Assembly (NCBI GenBank): GCA_011109175.1
Contig: RDEW01000003.1
Location: 1,556,774-1,620,773 of the forward strand
DNA: 64,000 nucleotides
Source of the DNA: Dicyema japonicum
Lineage: Eukaryota > Animalia > Dicyemida
Reading direction: 5' to 3'
The number at the start of each line of letters is the position of its first letter. Position 1 is the stretch's first letter. A program made the translations under genes and the position numbers. The notes under the pieces are model-generated. The model had not been told where the DNA came from. It saw nothing but the letters and a program-made list of their open reading frames with translations, and did not search any database. This document shows positions 1 through 13,031 of the stretch, in pieces.

Positions 1-1379
1 AACAAAGTTAATATTTGCTGGAAAGGGTGGATGATCGTGTTTTCTCATGAGTCATTTGTAAAACATAAAACTATCGTTAATAACACCACCTCACCTTTTT
101 TTGAATAATCACTATTAAGGTAATAATCATAATTTTATTGCTAATTTATTTTAGTGATATTATATTCCTTTTTCTTTATAAGTAAATAAATTCATTTCAC
201 CTTAGTCTTCTTAATTAGTTAACGGTTCCTCCAATAGTAAATCATCTCTTCAATCCTTCTTCATAACAAAAACCTGCCATAATTCGACTGATATTCATCT
301 CCCCTTATTTCCGTAATCCAAAATGATGGTTATCGATTCTGCAAGGAACAGTTTTAGCAATTAGAGACAGAGGTCCCAGTTCCCTAATGGTCTCTTCGGC
401 GTCATGAGCTAAGAGGACTGCGACACGCTTCAGAAGGAAGCAGAAAAAATGAGGTCACTTATTATTCATCTGCAGTCCTCTAGATAAAAGAATAAAAGTA
501 CCTTAATCTGACTGAAATCAATATGTCTCGAAATTATTGGAATTCATATTCCCAATCATCCTTAAATCCTTCTAATTAAGCGACCATGTCTCCGAGGAAC
601 CCCATTCCTGAAAAAGTATCCATCGATTTCTTCTCAAACACAAGGAGAAACATTCGACGAACAAGTAAAAATGTTGCAAAAGTGAAAAGGCCTGATGGGA
701 GTCGATTAATCAGTTGATTAAGCTTTCCTCCAATTTCTGATTCCATAGCAATTTATCCCCCAATCATCCATCTGTGATACTCTCCCAATGTCATATAACT
801 CAAGTCTTCATCATGTCACTACAATAATAACCCAAAGTTTGACTGAAATCGATAATAGTTTGATCGTCAAATAACTGAAATCGATGAGTTGTCTTGATTA
901 CCCTCCATCTCGTAGTTCCAGTAAATCACATGCATCAGATAAGGTCACATCGTTTAATACTACAACGATAAGCACAGTGACCAAGAATGACTCAAGGTAA
1001 GCCATATCCCTCCAAATTCCGTCATCCACCACAAATAAAGCGCAAAACGACGAAAACACTACCACTTTTATTGAAAAGCGACGAATTGATGTTTTATTCA
1101 ATAATCGTATAGCTGCGTAAAATGCGCTAACCATGTCAATAAATCGTTATAATTTCAGTGTGGTTAGGCAGATTATGCTACTTTTCAGCCATCACAGGGG
1201 AATGGTTCGGGAGGCAATACAGGGGGTGTGAGATCGCGACTTTACGATATTGAACGAATGTCTAAATTTGATTTTAGGCTACACGCGAAGAAATCGGAAA
1301 TCCAAGATTCTCCAGGAAATGTAAGTGAACTTTTATAGGAAATCCAAAGTGATTATATTCTTATACAAATATTATTATT

Positions 1380-1640
1380 GGCATTTACACTACGTCATAG
1401 CTCGTGACAAAGCACGTGCAACATCGAAATTCAATTTAATAGGTAGCTTCTCCCATTTTTGGCGACTCTTTGCCATGACCTCCCCGTCCCTAGGGCATAT
1501 CCCTATTTCTTTAAGATCTTCATGGTTGGTAGTGTTGTCATGCGGAGCGTCCATAACAAAGTAGTCCTCCATGGCTACGTTCGCAGGGGGACCAAGGTCC
1601 AGATGAAGTAAATGTCCAAACAACCTTCATCTTGCCTCCA
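1380..1640 (-). mobile_element. RTE-like LINE 3' remnant
   Basis: FGHLLHLDLGPPANVAMEDYF matches RWSLFGHVLRLNDQVLANIAMDNY of the RTE copy at 33347-33649. Confidence 0.5.
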
Positions 1641-1929
1641 TGATCTCCCTGACATTTAACTTCTAAGAGAACTAGCCGTGAATTCCGCGTTTACCAGACA
1701 TAGTTTCAAGAGCCACGTTACCTACTCAACCGACTTTAAAATTTTAAAAAATTTAATGTGCTGTTATGTACTGATTTTATGTTAAAGATCATAATTTAAA
1801 AGATCGATTAAAGTAATGTTAATGTTATAGCAGATTAGACAGCCGGTAGTTAAACCACAACATGTGAGAATCTATGTCCTCAGTGAACCTTAAGAGTTCC
1901 TAACAAGGCAATTGAGAGGGCCATAACGA

Positions 1930-2700
1930 CTAGTAACTTTGACAAAATAAGTACCGTGAGGCTATATTAACGGATTTTACAGTGTAGAGTATGAAATTTT
2001 CTGTGATATGAGTAGATTGACGAACGGATGGGAGTCGAGGAAGATTAAAACTGGGTGTTCCTCGCATCAAAATCGTGAGCTGTCGAAGGTGAAGGAAATA
2101 TTGAATGACCATATACTTGAGAATGCCAAAGTAGCCCTTGAAAATCGTAGAATGATGGGAAAGGCGCCTTATTCTACCTGCATTAACGGGATTATTGATC
2201 AAACTTTGAAATCTGAGGCCCGTATAATATGAATCGGATCTCCCTTATTCTTTATAGCGACCAGGAAGTGACCTTTAAAACAAGCCAGGTGGCAAACGAA
2301 CATTATGGCCAAGTTGGAGGTCCGTAACTCTAAGCTCAAAGCCCCAGTAGAGCACATTTTAAATGTGAGACGTGGGGTCAAAGGGAAAGCATCGGCTTTG
2401 GTAAGTCGGGTGAATCGATTAGCCTCAACTAACTCAGTAGAGTGAAGTCTAAGGTAGATTGTTTAACCAGGACCACCATTAACTGCTTTTTAAAAAAGAT
2501 AAGTGGTTTGACGGAAATCATTTTATATTCATTGGTGATATAGCGTCGTGTCACAGCCAGGTGAGCTTGTTTACATGGGTCACTAAGCAGTTCATAAAAG
2601 AACTATGCCAGATTTGTTACTAATCATCCAGTATGTGGTGATTTACTACCATTGTTGTGGGAATACTATGTATATATTCACCTTTCTATCTGCAACCGAC
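1930..2700 (+). mobile_element. Heavily decayed REL-type non-LTR retrotransposon remnant
   Basis: Fragments EHILNV (zinc-knuckle-like) and TMPDLLL (PD motif-like) in broken frames. Confidence 0.3.
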
Positions 2701-2950
2701 AGTGCAAGATTAACCCAACCTAACAAACTTTTGGTTATTAACTAGGACGCGGACCCGTAGATCGACGTGGCAGATGAGTTTCGTATAAGTTCTGGACATT
2801 CGCAAATGTGAATTCGCTGTCAACTCGGAGAGCTTGCAAAATAACAGAGGAAATCTAATTTATATTTGTATGCTGGTAAAGAGGAGTGGTGCCTACAGCT
2901 TAGACGATCCAGGTTTATTCCGATGCCTCTCTGAAGAGATGATTCTGATT
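2700..2950 (+). repeat. LINE C-terminal fragment homologous to 51690-51900 (minus)
   Basis: ctgtcaactcggagagcttgcaaaataacagagg...gtgcctacagcttagacgatccaggttta aligns with the reverse complement of 51700-51830. Confidence 0.5.
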
Positions 2951-3544
2951 GGCCGAGTGGAGAAGAATCATGCAAAGGAATGAACTTGTAGATAAGGGTA
3001 AGCACATCGCCGACAATGGGAACAATTAAGTAGTTATTGAACTTAGGAAGGATGGATTTTGAAGAGATTGTTTTTATAAGAGGGGGATATCAATTTTGGG
3101 TAGCAAGAAAAGCAATAAATTCAATGTATCAACTAAGGCCTTTTATGTTAAATTGAGAGATGTTCAGGAATTTTTTAGGTAAGATGTCCCCTGCGAGGGT
3201 TAGGAGGTACCAATAGAATTTTGGGAGCTAAAGCTTATACCACCATTATTCAGTTTGACTTTTTTCAGGCTGGGGTACCAGTTATAAGGAAATATTTATG
3301 ATTCTTTTAGTTTGTAGAGTAAATATAGCATAAGATTTTTTGCCATTTAAAAGTAACGAGATTGACATTTGAAAATAATATTATTATTATTGTTGACGAT
3401 AATTGTAAAGAGTTAACCAAAATCTTCGATAAGGCATGAATAAAGTGGAAGTGACGGGACATGAAATAAATAATAGTTATAACAATTTCCGGGTTTTTAT
3501 TTTAAAAATTTAAAATAAAACTAATAATTAAAATTTAAATGACA

Positions 3545-3929
3545 ATGGGTTCTCGTGAGGATTTTACAAAGTACAAATTTAAATTTATGGACAAGATATA
3601 ATCAAAAATTTATTGAAACTTTCTTTGAGAGTGATTTATCGGCTGATTATGCTAATGTGCTCGCTGTTTTAATTGGGATGTCTTCACTCTTCATTAAGGT
3701 AAATATTTTAAAAATATTTATTTACTAATAGAATAAATTTTTTAATATGGATTGGCTTAATCAGTGCAATGATCTCATTTTTTAATCGCAAAATGACAGA
3801 TGAGTGGACTAAATGCTTGAGTAGCTTTATGTACTTGTTCTGATTATTTATAGGCTATGTATGGGAGCTGCGGCAATGTGCTATGGAAGAGATCCTAGTC
3901 CGGCGACAATTCCCTTCCTTTCTTATTGA
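3545..3929 (+). CDS. WDR83OS: Asterix / PAT complex subunit (UPF0139), 3 tiny introns, one homopolymer frameshift
   Basis: Spliced translation DYANVLAVLIGMSSLFIK/NKFLIWIGLISAMISFFN...CLSSFMLCMGAAAMCYGRDPSP parallels human [24 protein letters not shown]...[22 protein letters not shown]. Confidence 0.8.
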
Positions 3930-3974
3930 TATTCTTATTTTAATAACTTACACGTGCTTTTTTGTGTTCTGGTA

Positions 3975-4746
3975 GTTTTGGTCATAGTTGTGGTTTATTG
4001 GACTGATCGATCAAAATACTGATGAAACCGGAGCCGTTGTTTTTGATTGAGGCGTGGTCAAGCATTGGGTGGGAAAGATCGGCAGGTAGATTTTTTAGAC
4101 GTGCAAGTTGTTTCCTGAGACCCTTTGTCATAACGTTCTTCACATGTTGAAAAAATGTCATCAAAGGGTCGAAAGTCACTCCCAGAATAGTTTGATGAAT
4201 CTGTAAAGGTAAAGAGTCTCCATATATGCTCAAATCCATATTTTCTTTTTTGTCTGTGGTGAAAATAGTATACGTGATCTATCCCTGGATATGGAGAGAC
4301 GATTCAACTTCAACCAGGCTCCCAGGTTGTCAATATGTGACTGAAGCTCTGATTTTGCTGCACCCACGTATTTGTTCCTGCTAGCGATGATTAGGTCGTC
4401 AGCATAAGTGAGAAGCATTGAATCTGGTTCTCCAGGGAAGGGTAAATCGTTGAGGAATAAGTTGAATAACGCCGGAGAGAAAGGCGATCCTTGAGGGACG
4501 CCATTTGGTAGGAGACGGAACCACGATTTTTCGTGGCCTATACAGACAAGTCCTCTTCTTCCGGAGAGAAAATTGGCTATCCATCTTTTCAAATCCGGCT
4601 GAATGGTGTGTCAAAAACCTTTTTCGTGAGAAATGTTCTCGAGACAGAATCGAACGCCTTCTTGATATCCAGGGAAATAAAGATATCGAGCCATCAATTC
4701 CCTCTTTATAACAAATATTTTTTAAGAATTCCAGAAAATTAGTCAT
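3975..4746 (-). mobile_element. APE-RT LINE fragment (RT domain), I/Jockey-group affinity
   Basis: GVPQGSPFSPALFNLFLNDLP, TYADDLII and ILGVTFDP motifs across frameshifts. Confidence 0.85.
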
Positions 4747-4989
4747 TGATGTCCAATATTAGTCATTGATAATTGAATGCTTACAAGATCATAACTCGAA
4801 AAATGAATATTCCATTACACGTGCTACAACATGGATTGGTATAATTTATGGAGAACAGTAATTTAAAACTCTGATTTGATCCTATAAATGTCGTGTATAC
4901 TTGATTTTATAAGTAAATCTTCTGCTTGTGCTTACCAAATCAATCCCCCACTAGTCCGTAACAGCTTTCGAAAAGAGGTGAAATATGTC

Positions 4990-5240
4990 CGCCTTTTCCA
5001 TTTCCATTTAGCCCATACTTTCGCGAACAACACTTAATTCATAGGTGAAGAGTTTTCATAACAGTAATATCCACCAGTGGAGTTGGACGGGGACAAAAGT
5101 AGGAAGATCCCTTTCAAAAACTGTTGTGCAACAAAGGACTCTTTGCCTCACTGGAGGGACCTGTTTGACGAGAAATTCTTAGCTTTCATGATAGTCACTC
5201 TTAGCTCTAGTATCCAGGCCTATCCAGGAACTTGTAAATT
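4990..5240 (-). mobile_element. SINE-like family A copy (degenerate hammerhead-like core)
   Basis: Aligns with 16170-16370 (+) and 62870-63130 (-). Confidence 0.6.
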
Positions 5241-5294
5241 AGGTCAATATGATATTATTATAATTTAATAAAACTAGACAGACTGAAATATCCA

Positions 5295-5768
5295 TTAAAA
5301 TAAAGAGTTCTGTTTAAGTAATTCTCGAATCTCCAAAGCAGTCAAGGATCCAATCAAAACAGTTCCAACTGAAAGTGAAACCTAAAAATAAAAAATTAAA
5401 TTACTGCGCCAATAATATCCATAGGTGTTTTTGATGATACTGCAGACAGAATAAATACTATGGATATGGCAGTATCACATATGAGAAATATCAAAAATAC
5501 AGTTGTTTTCTAGAGTTATATTATTAAAACTATTATCGATATTATTTTTGTTTGAATTTCATCAAACTCGACCATGTGAATAATCTCCAAGTCAATTAAA
5601 ATCAAAAACTGAATAACTGTAAAAACTGAAGAAAATGAAGCATGCAAGACAACGATAAAACATGACAAAGGAATTATATAAATAATCTAAAATTAAAAAA
5701 TATAGTACAATGGTTGCTATCATGAGAATGCCCCGAGGTGAGTTTAATTTAGTCTCATTTATTTCCAT
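5295..5768 (-). CDS. Small four-TM MARVEL-like membrane protein, paralog 1 (3 tiny introns)
   Basis: MEINETKLNSPRGILMIATI|IIYIIPLSCFIVV...|KTTVFLIFLICD...|VSLSVGTVLIGSLTALEIRELL; four hydrophobic segments; intron positions shared with 63273-63768. Confidence 0.65.
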
Positions 5769-5949
5769 GTTAATCAGGAAGAATGCTAATTAGAATAATT
5801 TTATTAATTTTATATAATTTAATAATATTTAAATTATATTAAAAAAAAATATTTTTATAAAATATTAAATTAATTTTGTTTTAATCTTTATTTTTTAATA
5901 TCTAAAAACACTATAAATTTCGGGGTTGCCCGCGTACTACGCTACCGGG

Positions 5950-6090
5950 GGTGCTGGATGAGGATCTCAAGGCAACTAACCAAAGGCTCGTAAGTGGAGA
6001 GGATCTGGATGCTATAAGAAGTTTGGCGTGTAACAGGAGAGGCTGGACAAGATTGGTCCGACAAATTGCTTTAAAATATAAAAATTATGT
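5950..6090 (+). mobile_element. RTE-like LINE 3' end fragment
   Basis: VLDEDL...LVSGEDLDAIRSLACNRRGWTRLV is typical of an RTE ORF terminus. Confidence 0.55.
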
Positions 6091-7559
6091 TTCTACGATA
6101 GTTGCTTATAATAATAAAAACATTAAACTATGGCCAAAAAAATTAAGAAAATCGTGTAATTTGGAATTAATTTCGTTTGTTTGAAGAAAAATTGGATCGT
6201 GAAGTTTTCCACTTTTTCGTTTAAGAAAACTGTATTTACTGTACATTTTAAACACTTAGGATCTCAGCTGAGGCTCGTGTTTTCAGATTTATATAATTTT
6301 CTTATAAATTCCCACACACTTTCAGATATCACCAACCAAATGAAGCCTAACTAAATCCCAACTAAAATAATATCAATTCGCCTAGATTTCAGATTATCTG
6401 GAAGAACTCATTGATTACGCCAATTCTGAAGACAAGAAAACTGAGGGATAATTCATCTTTCTATCGCCATGTCTTAACAATTTACAACATATCGAAAGTG
6501 TTGAAATTCTTTCCTGATTGTAATCTCCTCTGTTCTGCAAAGCTTGCGTTCCTTTAGAATATTTTAAATCTTTTATTGTGATTATTTTGTCACGATTTGA
6601 CTCCCCCGTCTGGTTTATTCAATATAATTTTTTTTGCTCCCGACTTCGGACACATTATCTTCCGATAACAATTCCAAAAAAAGGATTTCCCATATCAATT
6701 TTGTGCAGTTTCAACCTTCCATATACGGTCAGTTTCATATACTGAGTTGGTTTAGGCATTAAATTCCGATGGTGACAAGAGTGAGATTTCAAGAAGTCCT
6801 TGTGACTTATAGATGCGTAATATTAGGTTGTTAGCTTGTACAGTATTTGGAGCAGAAAAAGATTAAGTTGTTCTCTCAGATGGACTATTGGAGCTTGCTT
6901 GCAGCAGGAATTAGCGAAGGAAGATGACGTTGCTGTTAGTTTTCCGAATTGATGAACATGGTAATAGCAAAAGTGAACTAAGTTGTTTCCTTTGTTCTCT
7001 GAGAAATTATGAATTATTTGTCCCGATTAGCTGTAGGTTCGATTTCGACACAGCTACCTGGTTGAAGATTCCGTTCTGCTCTCTATCTTTTTCAAAACCT
7101 TAGAAGCGTCGATTGATCCACCTGTCTCTGGAGATCCTCAATGTCTGGCTTCACTTCCAAAAGAGGATTTCACTTCCCTACACCACTGGAGGGGTTGCCA
7201 CGAAGGCGGATATGGATGAACGTGATGTTTGGATTAGATATACCTTAATTAGCTCTTAACCTCTTTCCTGCATATCCAGGGTTATTAAATAGATTGTGGC
7301 ACCAATTATTTTGTATCTATTCGAGATCTTATTGGTTGCCCTGGACCATCTGGACTCGACATCAAAGTGAAGAATCTTGGGGGTGACCTGATCTGGAGAC
7401 GTGGTTCCTAATAATCGTTACCTTTTGTGTGTTAGCGAAGCTAGGGATAATAATTTAATTAGTTTATCGGAACCCACGTGAGCGACGATGGTTTTGACAA
7501 GTCCATGAAAATGTCATGTGACAAATCAATTCATCTCTGTAATTTAATATTTTAGCCAA

Positions 7560-7800
7560 AAAATTAAAGTCAATGAGTTAGTGTTTAACCACCAGGAACA
7601 TACAATAAAACTCCTCAAGCTGACTTTGGAAAAGGATGACTTCATTAAGAAGATTTCAATGCCAATTAATTAAGTGATCCCAGCTTCTAATAATTCCCAC
7701 ATTCTCCTCGAGAAGACCGCCAGCGATTCCAACGTCTTTTTAAAATGTCATCTCGAATTTCCGCAAAGTAACTAGATCGGGGTGTTTTTCTTCAGGACCA
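7560..7800 (-). mobile_element. 3' fragment of 'GIT-stop' LINE
   Basis: Ends ...LEAGIT* (GCT GGG ATC ACT TAA at 7670-7684), then an AT-rich tail. Confidence 0.6.
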
Positions 7801-7863
7801 CATCAATAAACCCTTTCCCCAAATTAAAATTAATTCCAAAGACCACTGTTAAACCGAAAAAAA

Positions 7864-10000
7864 CTAAGTGATCCCGACGAAATGAATCATGGCTCTCATC
7901 TTTACTCGGTGTTTATCCCTTGAGCCTACACAAGTTCGCTGCGGCAAGCACTTCCTTGGCATTGGTGTCCTTTTTTGTTTTTTTCAATAAGTGTCTCCAA
8001 AAGCGTCGGTGATTTGATATTTTTCCCTGTATACCATCTTTCGGTTAGTTTGAAAGCCCTTTTCTGGGTTGCGGAGATTTTCTGGATGTTCGTATAAGAA
8101 GCCAGTGGTCCCCATGAAGTATACGCATTTGAAATGCATGGTTCGATGTACTGTGAGTAGAGCGTTTTAAGTATAGGGTGATGTACAATTTTCCATAGAC
8201 CTGTTAGGCATTTCAGAAGGTAGATTTTTTTCTCACATTTGTTAAGCACGTTAGTGACGTGTCTCGAAAAGTTCATGTGTGTATCGAAAGTCAGACCCAA
8301 TATTTTTTGCCATTTGCTGAACGGCAGTCCTCTTCCCTCCGCAGAAACTTCTATTGTCCTGTTCGACAATCTTTTGTCCGATGAATAGAGAGTGTAACAG
8401 TGTTGATTGACATCCGATTTTTGTTAAACCACTCGAGTAGTCGATCGAAGTGTTGTTGTATTATACCCGTCGCTGTTTGGATGTTCTGATCCCGTGAGGC
8501 CAAGACGATATCGTCTGCGTAAGCCAGAAGCAGGTCGTCTCCTCCATTCGGCGTTGGAATGTCAGCCGTAAATAAGTTGAATAGTAATGGTGATAGCGGC
8601 GAACCTGGGGTACTCCATTTCGGAATAAACGGGAGACAGATTAAATGTTTCCAATGCACACTCTTCCTCTATGTCCGTTAAGGAATTTAGTCAGCCAGCG
8701 TTTGAGGTTTTCAGGGATATCTGATTGGTAGATTTTCCATGTTAGATTTTTTCTCGGCACAGAGTCAAAAGCTTTGTGGATGTCCAGTGAACATAACACA
8801 GTTTTCTGGTGTCTTGGCTTGCACAGAAATCCAGAGCGAATAAAGTTAGACAGGGAGTTGTTGAAGCTTGTTGTGGACCATCCTTTTTGAAATCATGCTG
8901 GAACGGTTTATGGTGAGTCCTTTCAGTGATTTTTGCGAGGATGAGCTTTTCCAGAATTTTTGACATGGAGCACAAAAGAGAAATTGGCCTGAAGGAAACT
9001 GGGTCTACTTTCGGTTTTCCTGGCTTCAATACTGAGCGAATGTTTGCAAGTTTCCACATCGTTGGGATTGAGTTATAGTTAATAGACCAGTTGTAAATTT
9101 TGGTCAGAGTACCGATTCCATCATTGCCTAGGTTTTTCATGAGAATTCCTTCTGGACCATGTGAATGTGTTACTTTTATTTGGCTTAGGGATGCCATTAC
9201 CTCCTTTTCAGTGAAATAAGTTAATTGATCTTTTTTCGGTTTTCTTAGCGGCGGTTTGGGTGGGTCAGTCCTCATGGTTTTTGTGAGAGATTTTCGCGTA
9301 GTATTTTATTAGGTGTTTAGGTCCATTTGACTGAATTCGTCATTTCCGGATGTCCTCTCATCCACCTTCGAGATATTTCGAATAGTTTTCCAGACTTTAG
9401 ATGTTGACCGGTTACGATTTAATGACGTAAGGACCATCTTCCATATTGCTCTCTGTATTTTGAATTCATTGGCTTTTATTTTTTCGTTCAGCAATTTTAG
9501 ACGGATCCGTGCTTTGGAGGAACGGATCCTTGCTTTTTTGAGACAGTTTCATTCCTTGACCAGAGCCTTCCTTCAGTACTCAATCGTGTAAACGGCATAT
9601 CGTTTAGAGACAGCCATAGATCTTACTTCCAGAATGACCTTGTTAACGTAAGCAACCGCCATATAAAGAAAGGTAAAGTTTTCCAGCTGTATATTAGCCA
9701 AATGTTGATCCGTAACTGATCGGAATAATTGCCAATTTTCAAGATTGTATATGCAGGTTTCTTCTTTCCACTGGTAACTTCTCTTGATTTTTAGCAGAAT
9801 AGAGTTATGATCACTTCTGGTGTCGTAGATGACGGACCAATTAATTGTTGTTGAAAGCTGTGGTGAACAGAGTGTGATATCTGGGGAGGTTGGATAGTCA
9901 GAGTTCCTTTGAGGTGTTCTTGTGTTTTTTGATGGGTCTGATGATTGTCAGATTGCCAGAATGCGGCTCTCAGAAAACCTCGGTCATTGTTTCTAAAGGT
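7864..10000 (-). mobile_element. APE-RT LINE ('GIT-stop' family), frameshifted
   Basis: SHGPEG, FRPISLLCSMSKILEKLI, PGSPLSPLLFNLFTADIP, AYADD, KILGLTFD; terminus VGIT* at 7864-7878. Confidence 0.9.
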
Positions 10001-10104
10001 ACAAATAAAATCAAATAAACAATAATATGAAAATAAATTATTTTTCTCAAGAAAATAATAAATTAGATTTAATTTAAAATTTGAATCAGAAAGTTCAACT
10101 TCTA

Positions 10105-13031
10105 ATGTCTCGTTCAAATGTAGTTGTAATTAACAATTATTAAGGGCAACAATTCATTAAATGACAGTAATAGTGAAGCCGAGGACCCTTTCTACGATGC
10201 ATTGGATGCCCCAATAGATGAGGAAGAAGATGAGGAAGGGGAAGCCCTTTTCGGAGACAATTTTGAGAGGTTTACTATCGTAGTTATCAAAGGGACTACC
10301 GATACATTCCTGCTTTGGATCAGTTCGACCCAGATTACATCGATGACAGCGCTTATGAGGCTTTGTCCCCAAGATCACGGGCTGAGGTCGACAGAATGCT
10401 CTATGAAAGGGACAAAACTGAGCCCTCTGACAGAGGGGCGGCCATTCCCTCCAATCTTTTATATGGTTTTGAATCACCATGAAAATTTAGATCCAATGGA
10501 TGTTGAGAGTCCGCGCCCAAGGAGAGGTCGAGAAGGAATCGATACTACTCAACGAATTGAGAGCATAGAGAACTTGGAAGACATGAAAGGGTACTCTATC
10601 CGGGAATGGGTGTCTCTGATTGGGCCAAAGACTGAAATAAAGAACAGATTCACCAATTTCTTGAGAACCTACACAGACGAGAACAACCACTCTGTGTTTA
10701 AGGAGCGAATACGACACATGGTTGAATGTACTGTATTCTGTTTATCTGAGGTAATAAACGGTCCCTTGTCGTTAATTTCAACTGGTTAGCAGACAAGGAA
10801 CATGTAATTGCGTATTTTCTGCCGGAGGCCCCGAAGGAGATGTTGAGTCACTTTAGTGCTGTATATTTTTTCTGATTACCTTTCCCTCAATTTTATTTTA
10901 TCGGGTTTTTATTTCAAATTTAGGCGACCACTGACCTTGTGTTTGCCTTGTACCCAAATTATGTGAGGATTGCTGAGAGAATTTTTGTGAGAATTGAAGA
11001 ACTCCCTTTAATAGAAGAGATCAGGTCCCTGAGGTGGTTGTGCTTTAATGTACTAGGAAAATTCATTTAAATCAGTTAATTCGAACGAGAGGAGTGGTGA
11101 CTACAATATCTCAGGTGCTCCCCCAACTCCACATAGTGAAATACACATGTGTTAAGTGTAAATTCCTGATTGGGCCATTTTACCAAAAGCAGAATGAAGA
11201 AGTCAAGGTGGGAGCCTGTCCAGAGTGCCAGTCCTCAGGCCATTTGAAGTAAATATGAGTGAGGTACTTCTCTCTAGTATATTAGACCATCTACAAAAAC
11301 TACCAACGTCTTACCATTCAAGAGAGTCCAGGCACTGTGCCGGCTGGAAGACTTCCCCGTTCCAAGGATGTAGTCCTTGTGGACGACCTGGTGGACTGCT
11401 GCAAACCGGGGGATGAGATTGTCGTCCATTTTTTACATAGTAGGACTTGGTTGGGGGTGTACAACCACAACTACGACGGATCCCTCAAAACCAACGCTAA
11501 GGGATTCACAGTGTTTAACACGGTCATTGAGGCCAACTACGTTTTCAAGAAGGATGACCAGTCAGTGCTGGACGCACTCACGGACGATGACATTAAAGAG
11601 ATACAGGCCCTCTCCAAACTGCCAAACATAGTCGAAAGAGTAAGGGGTCACAATTATTTTAGATTTACTCCACTATTGCTCCCTCAATTTACGGGCACAA
11701 TAACATAAAACAGGCCATTGCACTAGCAATGTTCGGAGGGGAGGAAAAGAACATTGGTTATCCCCCGTGTTATTGCAGGGAGTGGGAAACATAGAATCAG
11801 AGGGGATATTAACGTCCTCCTGTGTGGAGATCCTGGGACGGCAAAGTCACAGTTTTTGAAGTACGTTGAGAAGGCAGCCCCACGTGCTATATACACGACG
11901 GGGAAGGGGGCCTCGGCTGTGGGACTAACTGCGTATGTGCAGCGTAACCCAGTGACGAAACAGTGGACGTTGGAGGCGGGGGCATTAGTGTTGGCAGACA
12001 GGGGATATGTCTGATTGATGAATTTGACAAGATGACTGACAAGGACAGGACCTCCATCCACGAGGCCATGGAACAACAAGGGATCTCAATCTCTAAAGCT
12101 GGGTTGGTGACCACTCTCCAGGCGAGGTGTAGTGTAATTGCCGCAGCTAACCCCATAACCGGGAGATACGACTCTTCTCTTACGTTTATGCAGAATGTTT
12201 TATTTGGTGGTTATTTAAGGTGGACTTATCTGAGCCAATTATGTCTCGTTTTGACATTCTTTGTGTTGTGAGGGATGCTGTTGACTTGGTAGAGGATGAA
12301 CGGACTGCCAGGTTTGTGGTGGAAAGTCATGTACGTAACCACCCAAGTTATGTCCCCCAAAGTGATGAGTGTCCCATACAGCAGAATCCACTTGCAATTG
12401 ACCAGCAACTGTTTAGAAAATACATTGTTTTTGCCCGCCAAAAGTGCAAACCAAAATAGGGCAGGTGGACTCGGACAGAATTTCTCGCCTTTACTCGGAA
12501 TTACGTCATCAGTCAGCCTCTACTGGAAGTATTCCGATAACGGTTCGGCACGTGGAGAGTATCATAAGGATATCAGAGGCGTCTGCCAGAATGTGTTTGC
12601 GGGACAATGTGAACGTGAATGACGTCAACACTGCCATTTCTGTTGTCATTGAGTCATTCGTGTCTGCCCAAAAGTTTAGTGTGATGAAGTCTATGAAGAG
12701 AGTACTCGTTTGTGTAACTAGACATTTGCCTCATACCTGAACTTTAGGAGGGATAATAATGAGCTGCTTCTGTTTGTCCTCAAGCAGTTGGTAAACGATC
12801 AGCTTGTGTTTCAGAGGGCCAGAAGAGTTGGAGTGGCGCAGACGCAGGAGGAGGAGACATCTGTGGAGATTGATGAAGTGGACTTTGTGGATAAGGTCAG
12901 TGTTTGGTGTATGGTAGGCTAGACAAATTAATATTGAATCTAATCTCTTGGAGTTTTATGACTCTGAATTGTTTAGAGTGAATAGGTTTGCCTATGATAG
13001 AAGGAGACGGGTTTTGGTACATACATTGTAG
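10105..13031 (+). CDS. MCM2: DNA replication licensing factor MCM2; 13 introns (12 of 20-25 nt, one of 63 nt); at least 4 homopolymer frameshifts
   Basis: [13 protein letters not shown]4 zinc finger [36 protein letters not shown]; start ATG 10105 joined by intron 10120-10144; stop TAG 13029-13031. Confidence 0.97.

Noticed and set aside
200-1140. Protein-coding gene on minus (78-aa ORF 898-1134)
   Set aside because: Broken frames with only weak resemblance to the R4-like C-terminus; treated as unassignable TE debris.
11235-12460. Frameshifts in MCM2 (11238, ~11455, ~12002, ~12456), and similar ones in Asterix, stomatin, DOHH and the FAM194-like gene, as pseudogenisation, RNA editing or programmed frameshifting (incl. 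AAA-TAG Euplotes type)
   Set aside because: All fall in homopolymer runs, go in both directions, and hit essential genes that have no in-frame nonsense codons. The AAA TAG case needs -1, not +1. Long-read consensus error is far more likely; short-read polishing would settle it.
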